64,000 nucleotides of DNA from the sequence record LC680885.1; one strand, written 5' to 3'. Position 1 is the stretch's first letter, and every line of letters starts with the position of its first letter. This document shows positions 10,051-19,349 of this stretch, piece by piece. The translations under genes were made by a program, and so were the position numbers. The notes below the pieces were generated by a model. It worked only from the letters and a program-made list of their open reading frames with translations. It was not told where the DNA came from and searched no databases.

Positions 10051-10107
10051 TTTAATTAACTTTCTTTTATATTAATAAATACAATGAAAGAGAGTTGAAT
10101 ATAATAA

Positions 10108-10887
10108 ATGTCTGAAACTAATGAAATTGATTTAATATCACAAATCAATGATATGATGGATGAATATAAGATGTTAGTAAAATTTAAAGATAAAATGGAA
10201 AATAAAGAAATTCAATTAGAAAATCGTATACAGGATTTAACTAAGAATTTGAAATATCCTAAACATACATTCGTATCTAATATGGAAGCTAACATTATTA
10301 GTGTAGAAAAAGAAATTAAAGACACTATTATGCAAATGAAAAATGTTAAAAAAGATATTATTGACTTAACTATGAAAGCTCAGAAAATGGCTGAAGATGA
10401 TGAATCTGAAGATAATTATAAAACTCTTGCTAAAAATGTACTTAATGAGCTTAATAATATGTCTAATAAAGATATTTTAAACAGTATGATGGAACCTGAA
10501 GAAGTAAATGATGAAGATACTGATTTTAGTGAAGAATTAGATGCAAAATTGTCACAATTAGATGAAGAAGAGAAATCTATTAATAAAGAAGTAGATCAAA
10601 AAGAAGAATTGAGTCAAGAAATTAATGAACTAGATCAACAAGATTTATCTTCTATATTAAAAGTCTATAAAGGTACATTACAATTCTTTGTTGTAGGAGA
10701 TTCTCCTGAAGAATATGAATTAGTAGTTGCTGATATGGATATGAATATTATTGAAGAAGATGAAATGGAAGATGAATACCCAGAATTATTTACTATGACT
10801 AGAGATCTTATCTTTGAAGATGTTGAAGGTAATGATGAAATAGTTAAAGATGAATTTGGAAATATTTATCAAAAAGCAGAATTTTAA
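10108..10887 (+). CDS. Acidic coiled-coil hypothetical protein
   Basis: Heptad-rich N-half, D/E-rich C-half; AACT-N6-TA at 10058-10069 upstream. Confidence 0.8.
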   Translation: MSETNEIDLISQINDMMDEYKMLVKFKDKMENKEIQLENRIQDLTKNLKYPKHTFVSNMEANIISVEKEIKDTIMQMKNVKKDIIDLTMKAQKMAEDDESEDNYKTLAKNVLNELNNMSNKDILNSMMEPEEVNDEDTDFSEELDAKLSQLDEEEKSINKEVDQKEELSQEINELDQQDLSSILKVYKGTLQFFVVGDSPEEYELVVADMDMNIIEEDEMEDEYPELFTMTRDLIFEDVEGNDEIVKDEFGNIYQKAEF

Positions 10888-10897
10888 ATTATTTTAC

Positions 10898-10928
10898 CCC
10901 ATAATATATTAATACAATATATTATGGG
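10898..10928 (+). terminator. Terminator hairpin
   Basis: CCCATAATATATT / AATATATTATGGG. Confidence 0.65.
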
Positions 10929-10956
10929 TATTTATTATATATGAAGGCTATGTGTT

Positions 10957-11322
10957 ATGGGATTTGAGTTAACGATATATGGAATAAATAAAAGTAAGCA
11001 AAGAGATTTACAATGGTATATTAATCATCATAGATATACTAAAGAGAAGAATCATTTATTTGAATTGGAATTATATAAACCACATGAACTTTTTGATGTA
11101 TTAAAATATAAAGTAATTAATTATAAAAATGAAGATGGTTTTGATATTCAAGTAATAGATGAAAATACTTTAAAAGAGTTAATGGAAAATGAATTAAGAG
11201 AAAATAATTTTGAATATGGCTTAACTCAATATTATGAACTTATGACTGAAATATCCAGAAATAAATATTTTATAAATAATGATAAATTTGATTTTTACCT
11301 AATTTTAGATACATCATTTTAA
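10957..11322 (+). CDS. Hypothetical protein
   Basis: 121-aa ORF with phage-like codon usage. Confidence 0.75.
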   Translation: MGFELTIYGINKSKQRDLQWYINHHRYTKEKNHLFELELYKPHELFDVLKYKVINYKNEDGFDIQVIDENTLKELMENELRENNFEYGLTQYYELMTEISRNKYFINNDKFDFYLILDTSF

Positions 11323-11343
11323 TAATAGGAGAGTGAAATAGAT

Positions 11344-11469
11344 ATGTTAAAAAGATTATACAATTTATTAACTAAGAAAAAATTTGAAAGAAGATTATAC
11401 GACTTTAGATTTAATTATCAAGATCATGAACATTTAAATCAAGTTCATAGAGATTCAAATAATATTTAA
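11344..11469 (+). CDS. Small hypothetical protein (41 aa, not in the ORF track)
   Basis: SD AGGAGAG upstream; MLKRLYNLLTKKKFERRLYDFRFNYQDHEHLNQVHRDSNNI*. Confidence 0.6.
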   Translation: MLKRLYNLLTKKKFERRLYDFRFNYQDHEHLNQVHRDSNNI

Positions 11470-11488
11470 TATGAAAGGATGATTATTA

Positions 11489-11890
11489 ATGCTATCAGAA
11501 TACAGATTAAATTCAAGTAAAGAAGACATTAAACAGCTATTAAGAGATTATGGTTTTAAAAAAGATTCTTATACTAAAGCTTTATTATATAGAAAACGTG
11601 TAACTGACCCAAATGATATTTTATTTATAGTGGCCGAAGTAGTTATTGAAACTAATTCAGATCTAGTTAAATTAAATTACTATGATAGTAAACATAATAG
11701 ATTTAATCCTTCTAATGAATCACCAGAAGTTCAAAAAGGTTTAAGTATATTAGAAGATATGAAAGAAAAAGAATTATTAATTGAACCAGAGTTAACTCAA
11801 AATGAAGAAGAAAAAGAAGTTCTTGATAGACTTAAAGAACAACGTGAAGAAATGGAAAATGGTCAAGTATCACCCAATTCTGAAAATTAG
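11489..11890 (+). CDS. Hypothetical protein
   Basis: SD AAAGGA; 133 aa. Confidence 0.8.
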   Translation: MLSEYRLNSSKEDIKQLLRDYGFKKDSYTKALLYRKRVTDPNDILFIVAEVVIETNSDLVKLNYYDSKHNRFNPSNESPEVQKGLSILEDMKEKELLIEPELTQNEEEKEVLDRLKEQREEMENGQVSPNSEN

Positions 11891-11893
11891 AAT

Positions 11894-11908
11894 AAATATA
11901 TATTATAA
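11894..11908 (+). promoter_or_regulatory. Early phage promoter with 12-bp 5' hairpin at 11916-11945
   Basis: AAATATATATTATAA, then ATCCCAATACTA / TAGTATTGGGAT. Confidence 0.8.
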
Positions 11909-11970
11909 AAATGTTATCCCAATACTATTAAATTAGTATTGGGATTATTATAATAAAAGGAGTTAAGTAA

Positions 11971-12747
11971 ATGGAGAAAATTAAAAAATACTACATTAGT
12001 AAATCGAAAGATGAATTTATGGAATTAACTTTCAATGAAAATGAAACACTCTATTTTGACTTTAAGTGGAAAGTTTTAAGTGAGCTATTCACTACAATGC
12101 AAATAAATTATAATAAGAGATTTCTTATATCTCATGAAGAACATGATGACAATGGTTTAGTTGGTCTTAGAATAAATTTCAATGCTTTTCCCACAGTTAA
12201 ATACAAATATAAGGGTAAGAAAAATAAAATGGAACTTCTTATATACGCTATAATACGCTTTAGTCTAAATGAAGAAGACGATAATTATATTAAGTTTAAA
12301 GCTGTTCCTTTATATAATAATAGTGAAATAGGGAAAAGATTATTTAGTAAAAGATCTGGTATATTTGATGATAATGGTGAACTAAATTTACCGCATGACT
12401 TTAATGAAGAAGTTATGATTCGTTTTTTAAAATATTTTAAAAGTCATATACAAAAAGGTAAAAGACCTTTAGAACTCAAGGATGATTTACACAAGATGTT
12501 TACTACTACAAATAAATTAATTTTTGAATTACTAGATCAGATACAAGATCATTCAGATATTGAATTTCTTATTGCACCCGATTGGGATTTTAGTGGTAAA
12601 GAAATGGAAAAAGAAAAAGGTTTTAGTTTTGAAAAAGAATATGATAAGTATATCAGTTTAAATGATTTCGATGTTGATGCATATTTTAGAGAAATAACTG
12701 ATGAGAAAGAGATTAAAAAATTTAAAGTTAAGAAAGGATTTTCCTAA
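11971..12747 (+). CDS. Hypothetical, conserved-terminus family (subfamily with 14346 and 15144)
   Basis: N-terminus KKYYISKSKDEFMEL; C-terminus YFREITDEKEIKKFKVKKGFS. Confidence 0.85.
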   Translation: MEKIKKYYISKSKDEFMELTFNENETLYFDFKWKVLSELFTTMQINYNKRFLISHEEHDDNGLVGLRINFNAFPTVKYKYKGKKNKMELLIYAIIRFSLNEEDDNYIKFKAVPLYNNSEIGKRLFSKRSGIFDDNGELNLPHDFNEEVMIRFLKYFKSHIQKGKRPLELKDDLHKMFTTTNKLIFELLDQIQDHSDIEFLIAPDWDFSGKEMEKEKGFSFEKEYDKYISLNDFDVDAYFREITDEKEIKKFKVKKGFS

Positions 12748-12748
12748 T

Positions 12749-13567
12749 ATGAAAAATAATACAAAATATTTTATAGATAAAAAAAGAGATGAATTAATTG
12801 AAATTGATAAAGAATATCTTAATCGATATGAGTATATTGCACACGTATTAACTGTCATTGATATGAATAAGCTTTTATATATTGAAGATCATGCTAGATC
12901 CTTTATAAATGGTATTAATATTGAAGAAAATGATGTGGGAAATGGATTGACTTTTAATAATATAGAAATTCATAATAATATCCATTTCAAAAATATAAAT
13001 AGTAAAAATAATGCGTATAAAAATTTTAATACCGATTTTTATATAAACTTCTTTATTGATAGAATGGATAAAGTTAAAACTCAGAATTTTAAGTTAAAAT
13101 TTAATTTTTATAATTCAATATATAAAGAATATTTTAATAAAATTACCAATAATTTATTAAATGAAGATAATTTAGTCAATGAAGGAGTAAATAAAGAAAT
13201 AAGATCTCTTATGAATTTTGAATTATTTAAAAAAGAGTTATATAATACTAAATACAATAATAGTGAATATTTAAATCTTTTTGAAAATTCATCATATATG
13301 AAGGACAATGTTATTGGATTTATAAATAAATTTGAAGGATTATTTTCTAGTGTAATATACCAAAATAACCTTAGTGTATTAATGACTCTTTATGAAATAA
13401 AATACATGTATGAAGATGACATAGATTTTTATATTAATTTTTATAATGAAAATTATGGTTTAGTTAATATATTAGAATTAATCGAAAGTGATGAAAATGA
13501 TTTATTTAAAGAAATTAAAACAGAAAAAGAAATGAAAGCGTTTAAAGTTAGAAAAGGATTCAAATAA
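12749..13567 (+). CDS. Hypothetical, conserved-terminus family
   Basis: Likely start ATG 12749, with SD AAAGGA inside the upstream KKGF codons. N-terminus KYFIDKKRDELIEI; C-terminus LFKEIKTEKEMKAFKVRKGFK. Confidence 0.85.
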   Translation: MKNNTKYFIDKKRDELIEIDKEYLNRYEYIAHVLTVIDMNKLLYIEDHARSFINGINIEENDVGNGLTFNNIEIHNNIHFKNINSKNNAYKNFNTDFYINFFIDRMDKVKTQNFKLKFNFYNSIYKEYFNKITNNLLNEDNLVNEGVNKEIRSLMNFELFKKELYNTKYNNSEYLNLFENSSYMKDNVIGFINKFEGLFSSVIYQNNLSVLMTLYEIKYMYEDDIDFYINFYNENYGLVNILELIESDENDLFKEIKTEKEMKAFKVRKGFK

Positions 13568-13588
13568 TATAAAGAAAGGATTTTTGTA

Positions 13589-14329
13589 ATGGAATATAAT
13601 AATTACTATAGATATAAATTAGATGGAAAAATACTTCACTTTGATATGGATAGAACTGATTTACGTAGAGATAAATTGGCTGAAATATTTACTAAAGTTA
13701 AGATGGAATATATTTATAAAGATAAAAAAATGATTAAAAAAGCAAGAAACTTTATTTACCGATCTAATCTTTCTTTAGAGTATTCTCATTTTAAAGATAA
13801 AGTATTTGTAATCAAACAAATTTCTAAAATGCTAAGTAAAAACAATGTAAGGGATTTATTAATTTACGATACGGATCTTAGTTTAGAATTTAATTCTATT
13901 TTAGACGGTGGTATATTTAAAAAAGATTTTCCAGAAGGATCCTTTTATGAAAAAATAGAAAGTAATATGAATAGAAAATATTTAATTTTAAGTGATAATA
14001 TAAGACACACTAGTGAAAGTTTTGTTGATTTATATGATAAAGATTATATTTTAAATTTTGAAGAAGTAGAATTGCTAGTCAAAGAATTTAATAAAACTCT
14101 TTTAAATTATCTTATGGATTTAATGAGTTATGGAAATCTAGAATTAAAAGTTAGAAAATCGGAGTTAGCATATTTTATGACAGGAATATATACAAAAATG
14201 GAAGAAAACGAAGATAAGTTATTCCCTATATTTGATTATAAATTTTTACTTAATGAATCTGGATTATTTGAAGAGATTACAGATGAGAAAGTTATTAAAG
14301 AATATTTAGTGAAAAATAATTTTAAATAA
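13589..14329 (+). CDS. Hypothetical, conserved-terminus family
   Basis: C-terminus GLFEEITDEKVIKEYLVKNNFK. Confidence 0.85.
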   Translation: MEYNNYYRYKLDGKILHFDMDRTDLRRDKLAEIFTKVKMEYIYKDKKMIKKARNFIYRSNLSLEYSHFKDKVFVIKQISKMLSKNNVRDLLIYDTDLSLEFNSILDGGIFKKDFPEGSFYEKIESNMNRKYLILSDNIRHTSESFVDLYDKDYILNFEEVELLVKEFNKTLLNYLMDLMSYGNLELKVRKSELAYFMTGIYTKMEENEDKLFPIFDYKFLLNESGLFEEITDEKVIKEYLVKNNFK

Positions 14330-14345
14330 AAAGGAGATCAATGTA

Positions 14346-15128
14346 ATGAGTATAAATAAAAGTCATAAAAAATATTTTTTGAGTAAAATGACAGATGATT
14401 TATTTGAAGTTACTAACTTATACAGATATAATATAAATGAAGATTATTTATATCTACCTCAATTACTTTCTAATTTACAAGTAAAAAGTAATGAAGAAAT
14501 AAATATACTTTCTGAAGAGATTGTTGGTAAAGATGATAATGGAGAGAATTTATGGTCAGGAACTATATCAGCTGGATATATTTTTCCAGTTATCAAATAT
14601 AATGTTAATAATAAAAAGACAACGAATATACTTATTATTGATTTTGATATTATTTTCAACGAATCAATAGAAAATGAAAACTATTTAAAAGTTAGAATTG
14701 AAAATCCATACTCTTCAGGTATAAATTCAATAATTTTTAATAGCGTTATTGGCAATATATTAGATGAATCCAATTCTTTAAAAGTACCTTTTAGATTTCA
14801 TATAAATAGCATGGAAGATTTAATATCAGATTTTAATAATGGTACAGAAAATGATTTTAGAAATAATAAAGATTTATACCAAATATTAGTTGAAGTAAAT
14901 AGTTCTATATTGGAAATTTTATCACAAATTAGAGATCATTTTGATATAGAATTCTTTGTATCAGATGGTTGTTTCTCGCACATACCAGAGAATGATAAAA
15001 GAGATAATGATGATATAGATGATAAATACTATAATTTATTTGACGAGTATAAAATGTCTGGAGTATTTGAAGAGATTACAGATGAAAAGATTATTAAAAA
15101 ATATTTAGTGAAAAATAATTTTAAATAA
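14346..15128 (+). CDS. Hypothetical, conserved-terminus family
   Basis: N-terminus KKYFLSKMTDDLFEV; C-terminus GVFEEITDEKIIKKYLVKNNFK. Confidence 0.85.
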   Translation: MSINKSHKKYFLSKMTDDLFEVTNLYRYNINEDYLYLPQLLSNLQVKSNEEINILSEEIVGKDDNGENLWSGTISAGYIFPVIKYNVNNKKTTNILIIDFDIIFNESIENENYLKVRIENPYSSGINSIIFNSVIGNILDESNSLKVPFRFHINSMEDLISDFNNGTENDFRNNKDLYQILVEVNSSILEILSQIRDHFDIEFFVSDGCFSHIPENDKRDNDDIDDKYYNLFDEYKMSGVFEEITDEKIIKKYLVKNNFK

Positions 15129-15143
15129 AAGGAGATTAATATA

Positions 15144-15941
15144 ATGGGTGTAATTAAAAGTAATAAAAAATACTTCCTATGTAAAATAAATGATGAATTA
15201 TTTGAAGTTGATAAGAACAATAGAGATTCATTTTTATATGACTATTTACCTTTAATAATAGCTGAAAAAATAATTAATTCAACTGAAAAAGATTCATATG
15301 AAACTAGTGCATTGGATGTTTATTATAAAAAAGAAGATAACATAATTGAAGGGAATTTAAAATTTTTAGCAAGATGTTTACTTCCCGTCCTGTATAATTT
15401 CAATAATAAAAATTCATTTAAAACAGTTATGACTATCGCAGATTTTAAATTTAAAAGAGATGCTAATAAATCTACTTTTAGTATAGATAAAAATAGTGTT
15501 AATGATAAAATACTATTTCAAATGAGACCTTTAGGAAATGAAATTGATGATATTTTATTTAATAGTATTATAAGTGACCTTTTAAATGAAAATGACGAAA
15601 TAGAAATGAAACAAATGTTATTAATTGGTAATTTTGAAAAATTGTTAAGTGAAATTGATAATCAAAATATAAAACATCATGATGATTTTAAAATTTTAAT
15701 CAAAGATATATTCAATATTTATCTTAATTTATTAAACTCATTAAGTCATCATTTTAATATTGAATTTTTCTTTTCTGAATCTTCTTTTCTAGACATGTTA
15801 AATATTTATGATTATGATATTATTAATAATAAAGATAGTTATAAAATAAATATTTTTGAAGATGATTTAGATGGAATATTTGAAGAGATTACAGATGAAA
15901 AATTTGTTAGAGAATATTTAGTGAAAAATAATTTCAAATAA
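15144..15941 (+). CDS. Hypothetical, conserved-terminus family
   Basis: N-terminus KKYFLCKINDELFEV; C-terminus GIFEEITDEKFVREYLVKNNFK. Confidence 0.85.
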   Translation: MGVIKSNKKYFLCKINDELFEVDKNNRDSFLYDYLPLIIAEKIINSTEKDSYETSALDVYYKKEDNIIEGNLKFLARCLLPVLYNFNNKNSFKTVMTIADFKFKRDANKSTFSIDKNSVNDKILFQMRPLGNEIDDILFNSIISDLLNENDEIEMKQMLLIGNFEKLLSEIDNQNIKHHDDFKILIKDIFNIYLNLLNSLSHHFNIEFFFSESSFLDMLNIYDYDIINNKDSYKINIFEDDLDGIFEEITDEKFVREYLVKNNFK

Positions 15942-15997
15942 AATTAAAAATTTATAGTAACGGAAATATATTTATCAATAGGAGTTGAAACTGGATA

Positions 15998-18733
15998 ATG
16001 AAGATTAAAAGATTAAAGTTAAAGAATTTTATCGGTATTTATGCTGGTATGGGATTAAAAGAAGTTGAAATTGATTTTAGTAAAAGTAAAAATAATATGA
16101 TTATGCTTCTTGGAGATAACGCTTCAGGTAAGACGACAGTTATGTCTAATCTTAATCCATATAGAGAAACTAATGATCAACGTAAAACTATAGTATTAGA
16201 AGATGAAAAAGGTATAAAAGAGATTGATTATATTAAGGGTAATGATGTTTATGAAATTAAACATCATTATGGTAAAAACAGTTCTCAAAATAAATCATTC
16301 ATTAAGAAAAATGGTGAAGAACTTAATGAAAATGGTGGTATTAAATTATTCAATGAAATAGTAGATAAAGAATTAGGTGTATCTAAAGAATACTTTACTG
16401 TAGGTCGTTTAGGCGATAACGTATCAAACTTCATTGACTATACTACAGGTGATCGTAAATCATATATCAATAAATTTGTACCTAATATTGATAGATACTT
16501 AGAAGCTTATAAAGTAGCTAATGAGAAATTAAAAATTATTACTAAAGATTTAAAATCACTTAGATTTGATTTAGACAAATATAAAGAATTTGATGAAATC
16601 AAAAAAGAAAAAGAGAATTTAGAAACTTTAATTGATCAATTACAAAATGAACTTGATGAAGCTAATAAAGATAAAACAACTCATGAAACTAAAATGAATT
16701 CTATCATGGAAGATAAGTACAAAGAGATTCATCCAACTGAATATAAAAATCAATTAATTAATGAAATTAATGAACTTAATCAAGAATTAGAAAAAGAAAG
16801 AAAGTTAAAAGAAGATAATGAGAATTTAAATAAATATACTATTGAATCCGCTAATGAGAAAAAAGATAAAATAGATACTATATTAAATAATACTAATAAT
16901 GAGTTGACTTCTGTTGAAAAAGATAAAGAGAATAATCAAGATAAATTAGATGATTTAATCAGTAGAAAATCTAAAATAGAATCTCGTATGAATGCTATCA
17001 AATTTAATGAAGATTATGATGCTTCTGATGAAATTGATTCAATTCTTGAAGGATATAAAGAAGATTTAGAAGGTATTAAAGATGATGTAGATATTTCTAG
17101 AGGGTCTTTTGTAAGTGAATTCGGTTTACAAATTAAAGATAATATTAAAGAGGATTCATTAAGATTATATGTAAATGATTTAATTTCTAAGGTAGATAAT
17201 TTTAAAGAATTTATTAATGATAATGAATTTAAATATGGTTCTATTCGTGGAGATTTTGAAAGTGAAATTAAAGATAATAATGAAAAAATTTCTATGAACC
17301 AGAATGAATTTAATGAAATTAATACTAAGCTTAATCAAATTAAAGGCAAATCAGACTTATTAAAAATATTAGATCAAAAAGATCATGATCACTATAATGA
17401 ATGTGTATTTGTTCCTTTAGTAGCTGACTTTAAAGACAATGAATTTGATTCAATCTCTGAATTAGAAAATAAAGGTAATCAACTTTATAAAGATAATCAA
17501 GAATTAGAAAAAGATAATAAATTATTATCTAATCATATTGACTTATTACGTAAATTTAATGACATACTTACTAGTAGAAATAGTTTAATTGAATATATTG
17601 GTTTTGAAATGATTGATATTGATAGTATTGAAGAAATATTTACAAATGGTAATACATTCTCTAGTGAACTAAATAGACTTAATTCATTAATTGAAAAGAC
17701 AAATGAAATTCGTACTAATGAAACTAATAGAGATAAATTGACTATTGAATTAGAGAGAAAAGAAAATGCTCTTAAAGAAGATTATTCTAATAAGAAAATA
17801 TTAGATCAATATAAAGAAGATAAAGAAGATTTAGTTAAACAAATTGAAGAAATTAAAAATAAAAATAATGAAATTTCTGAGAATCTTAATTATCTTAATG
17901 GTCGTAAAGAAAAAGCAATTACTAACTTAAATATTATTAATGAATTTATTAATCTAACAGAGAGATCTGAAGAAATTAAATTAAAAATGAAAGATAAAAA
18001 TGATATAGTTGATGACATTGATAAGGATCTTTCAAAATTAAGTAATTTATATGAACTTAATCAAAAAGCAGACAATAAAATTCAATCTATTAAAGATAAT
18101 TTAACTATGAAGAAAAATGATTTAGAATCTACTAAAGAAAAATACTTTGCAGTTAATTCTATTATTACTAAGATTGATGAAATTGAATCAGTGTTATGGA
18201 AATATAATATGGTGGTAGATTCATTAAATCCTAAGAAAGACTCTATACCATTAATATTCATTACTAATTATCTTAAAGATATTGCAGTAAGTACTAATGA
18301 ATTACTTTCAGTTGCTTATAATAATTCATTTAAAATTGACTTTGACTTAACAGATAAAGATTTCTTTATTAATGTGTATAAAGGTAATGGAACTGAGCTG
18401 AAAGATATTAAAGAAGCTTCTCAAGGAGAAACAGCTTTAACTAATATTAGTTTATCTTTATCATTATTAAACAAAGTATCTCAAGATTATAATATTCTAT
18501 ATTTAGATGAAATGGATTCAACGTTAGATTCTAATAATAGAAGAAGATTTGTTGATGTAATTGATAGACAAATTGAATTAATGGGTCTAGAGCAAGTATT
18601 CTTAATTAGTCATAATGATGAATTCTATAGTGCTAATATTGACTTAATTTTACTTAAAGGATATGAAAGTAAAATTGATATTAATAATGAAGAAATGATG
18701 CAAGGTAAAAATGTATTATTTAAAGTAAACTAA
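15998..18733 (+). CDS. sbcC: SbcC/Rad50-like SMC ATPase
   Basis: Walker A GDNASGKT, long coiled coil, signature ASQGE, Walker B/D-loop LYLDEMDSTLD, H-loop LISH. Confidence 0.92.
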   Translation: MKIKRLKLKNFIGIYAGMGLKEVEIDFSKSKNNMIMLLGDNASGKTTVMSNLNPYRETNDQRKTIVLEDEKGIKEIDYIKGNDVYEIKHHYGKNSSQNKSFIKKNGEELNENGGIKLFNEIVDKELGVSKEYFTVGRLGDNVSNFIDYTTGDRKSYINKFVPNIDRYLEAYKVANEKLKIITKDLKSLRFDLDKYKEFDEIKKEKENLETLIDQLQNELDEANKDKTTHETKMNSIMEDKYKEIHPTEYKNQLINEINELNQELEKERKLKEDNENLNKYTIESANEKKDKIDTILNNTNNELTSVEKDKENNQDKLDDLISRKSKIESRMNAIKFNEDYDASDEIDSILEGYKEDLEGIKDDVDISRGSFVSEFGLQIKDNIKEDSLRLYVNDLISKVDNFKEFINDNEFKYGSIRGDFESEIKDNNEKISMNQNEFNEINTKLNQIKGKSDLLKILDQKDHDHYNECVFVPLVADFKDNEFDSISELENKGNQLYKDNQELEKDNKLLSNHIDLLRKFNDILTSRNSLIEYIGFEMIDIDSIEEIFTNGNTFSSELNRLNSLIEKTNEIRTNETNRDKLTIELERKENALKEDYSNKKILDQYKEDKEDLVKQIEEIKNKNNEISENLNYLNGRKEKAITNLNIINEFINLTERSEEIKLKMKDKNDIVDDIDKDLSKLSNLYELNQKADNKIQSIKDNLTMKKNDLESTKEKYFAVNSIITKIDEIESVLWKYNMVVDSLNPKKDSIPLIFITNYLKDIAVSTNELLSVAYNNSFKIDFDLTDKDFFINVYKGNGTELKDIKEASQGETALTNISLSLSLLNKVSQDYNILYLDEMDSTLDSNNRRRFVDVIDRQIELMGLEQVFLISHNDEFYSANIDLILLKGYESKIDINNEEMMQGKNVLFKVN

Positions 18734-18769
18734 AATTTGTTATTAAAAATTTGAGAGGAGTAGATCTAT

Positions 18770-19057
18770 TTGATTCTTAATGTTAATAAAACTTTAGATG
18801 CTAAATTGGAAAAAGAAATGCAGGATGATATTAGAACTGCATTCATTGATAGTACGTTATCACCAATCCTTTATAAAAAATTAGAAGATTTATGTGAAAT
18901 TCATGATAAAGATATAAAACTTTATTATAACCATGATATGATAGAATTTAAAGAATTAAGAAAAAGTTTGATTAGATTTTATAAAGAAAATAATTTAGAT
19001 GAAGACGAATTCATTATAAAGATTAAAAAAGAAGTTATTAAAGATACATTTAAATAG
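18770..19057 (+). CDS. Hypothetical; weak match to the conserved C-terminal motif
   Basis: SD GAGGAG, TTG start; ends FIIKIKKEVIKDTFK. Confidence 0.7.
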   Translation: MILNVNKTLDAKLEKEMQDDIRTAFIDSTLSPILYKKLEDLCEIHDKDIKLYYNHDMIEFKELRKSLIRFYKENNLDEDEFIIKIKKEVIKDTFK

Positions 19058-19073
19058 AAAAGGACGGTTTTAT

Positions 19074-19226
19074 ATGGATAAAAAGAAATTATGGATATTG
19101 ACAGGTATAACTTTTTTAACATCTCTCACAGTAAATTTCATTATTTTATATTATAAAGATAAATATAAAATGGATGATATTGATACAGCAGAAGATCCAT
19201 TTATGAAAGGTCCATTATTTATATAA
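19074..19226 (+). CDS. Small single-pass membrane protein (50 aa, not in the ORF track)
   Basis: SD AAAGGA; MDKKKLWILTGITFLTSLTVNFIILYYKDKYKMDDIDTAEDPFMKGPLFI*. Confidence 0.65.
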   Translation: MDKKKLWILTGITFLTSLTVNFIILYYKDKYKMDDIDTAEDPFMKGPLFI

Positions 19227-19235
19227 TTTAAATAT

Positions 19236-19267
19236 TGCCAAACATTCTTTAAATAGAGTGTTTGGCA
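19236..19267 (+). terminator. Terminator hairpin
   Basis: TGCCAAACA / TGTTTGGCA followed by T-rich tract. Confidence 0.7.
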
Positions 19268-19349
19268 TTTTATATTTTAATTTTTTATGAAATTTAAGTA
19301 ACGATTAAATTATCAAAGTAGCAATTGAATTGAGGAGTGTTCAAAGATA

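Noticed and set aside
757-19057. Explaining the shared C-terminal tag purely as an RBS or composition artefact
   Set aside because: The SD accounts for only 2-3 codons in some members, whereas the motif spans ~20 residues with fixed hydrophobic spacing and is absent from interleaved genes.
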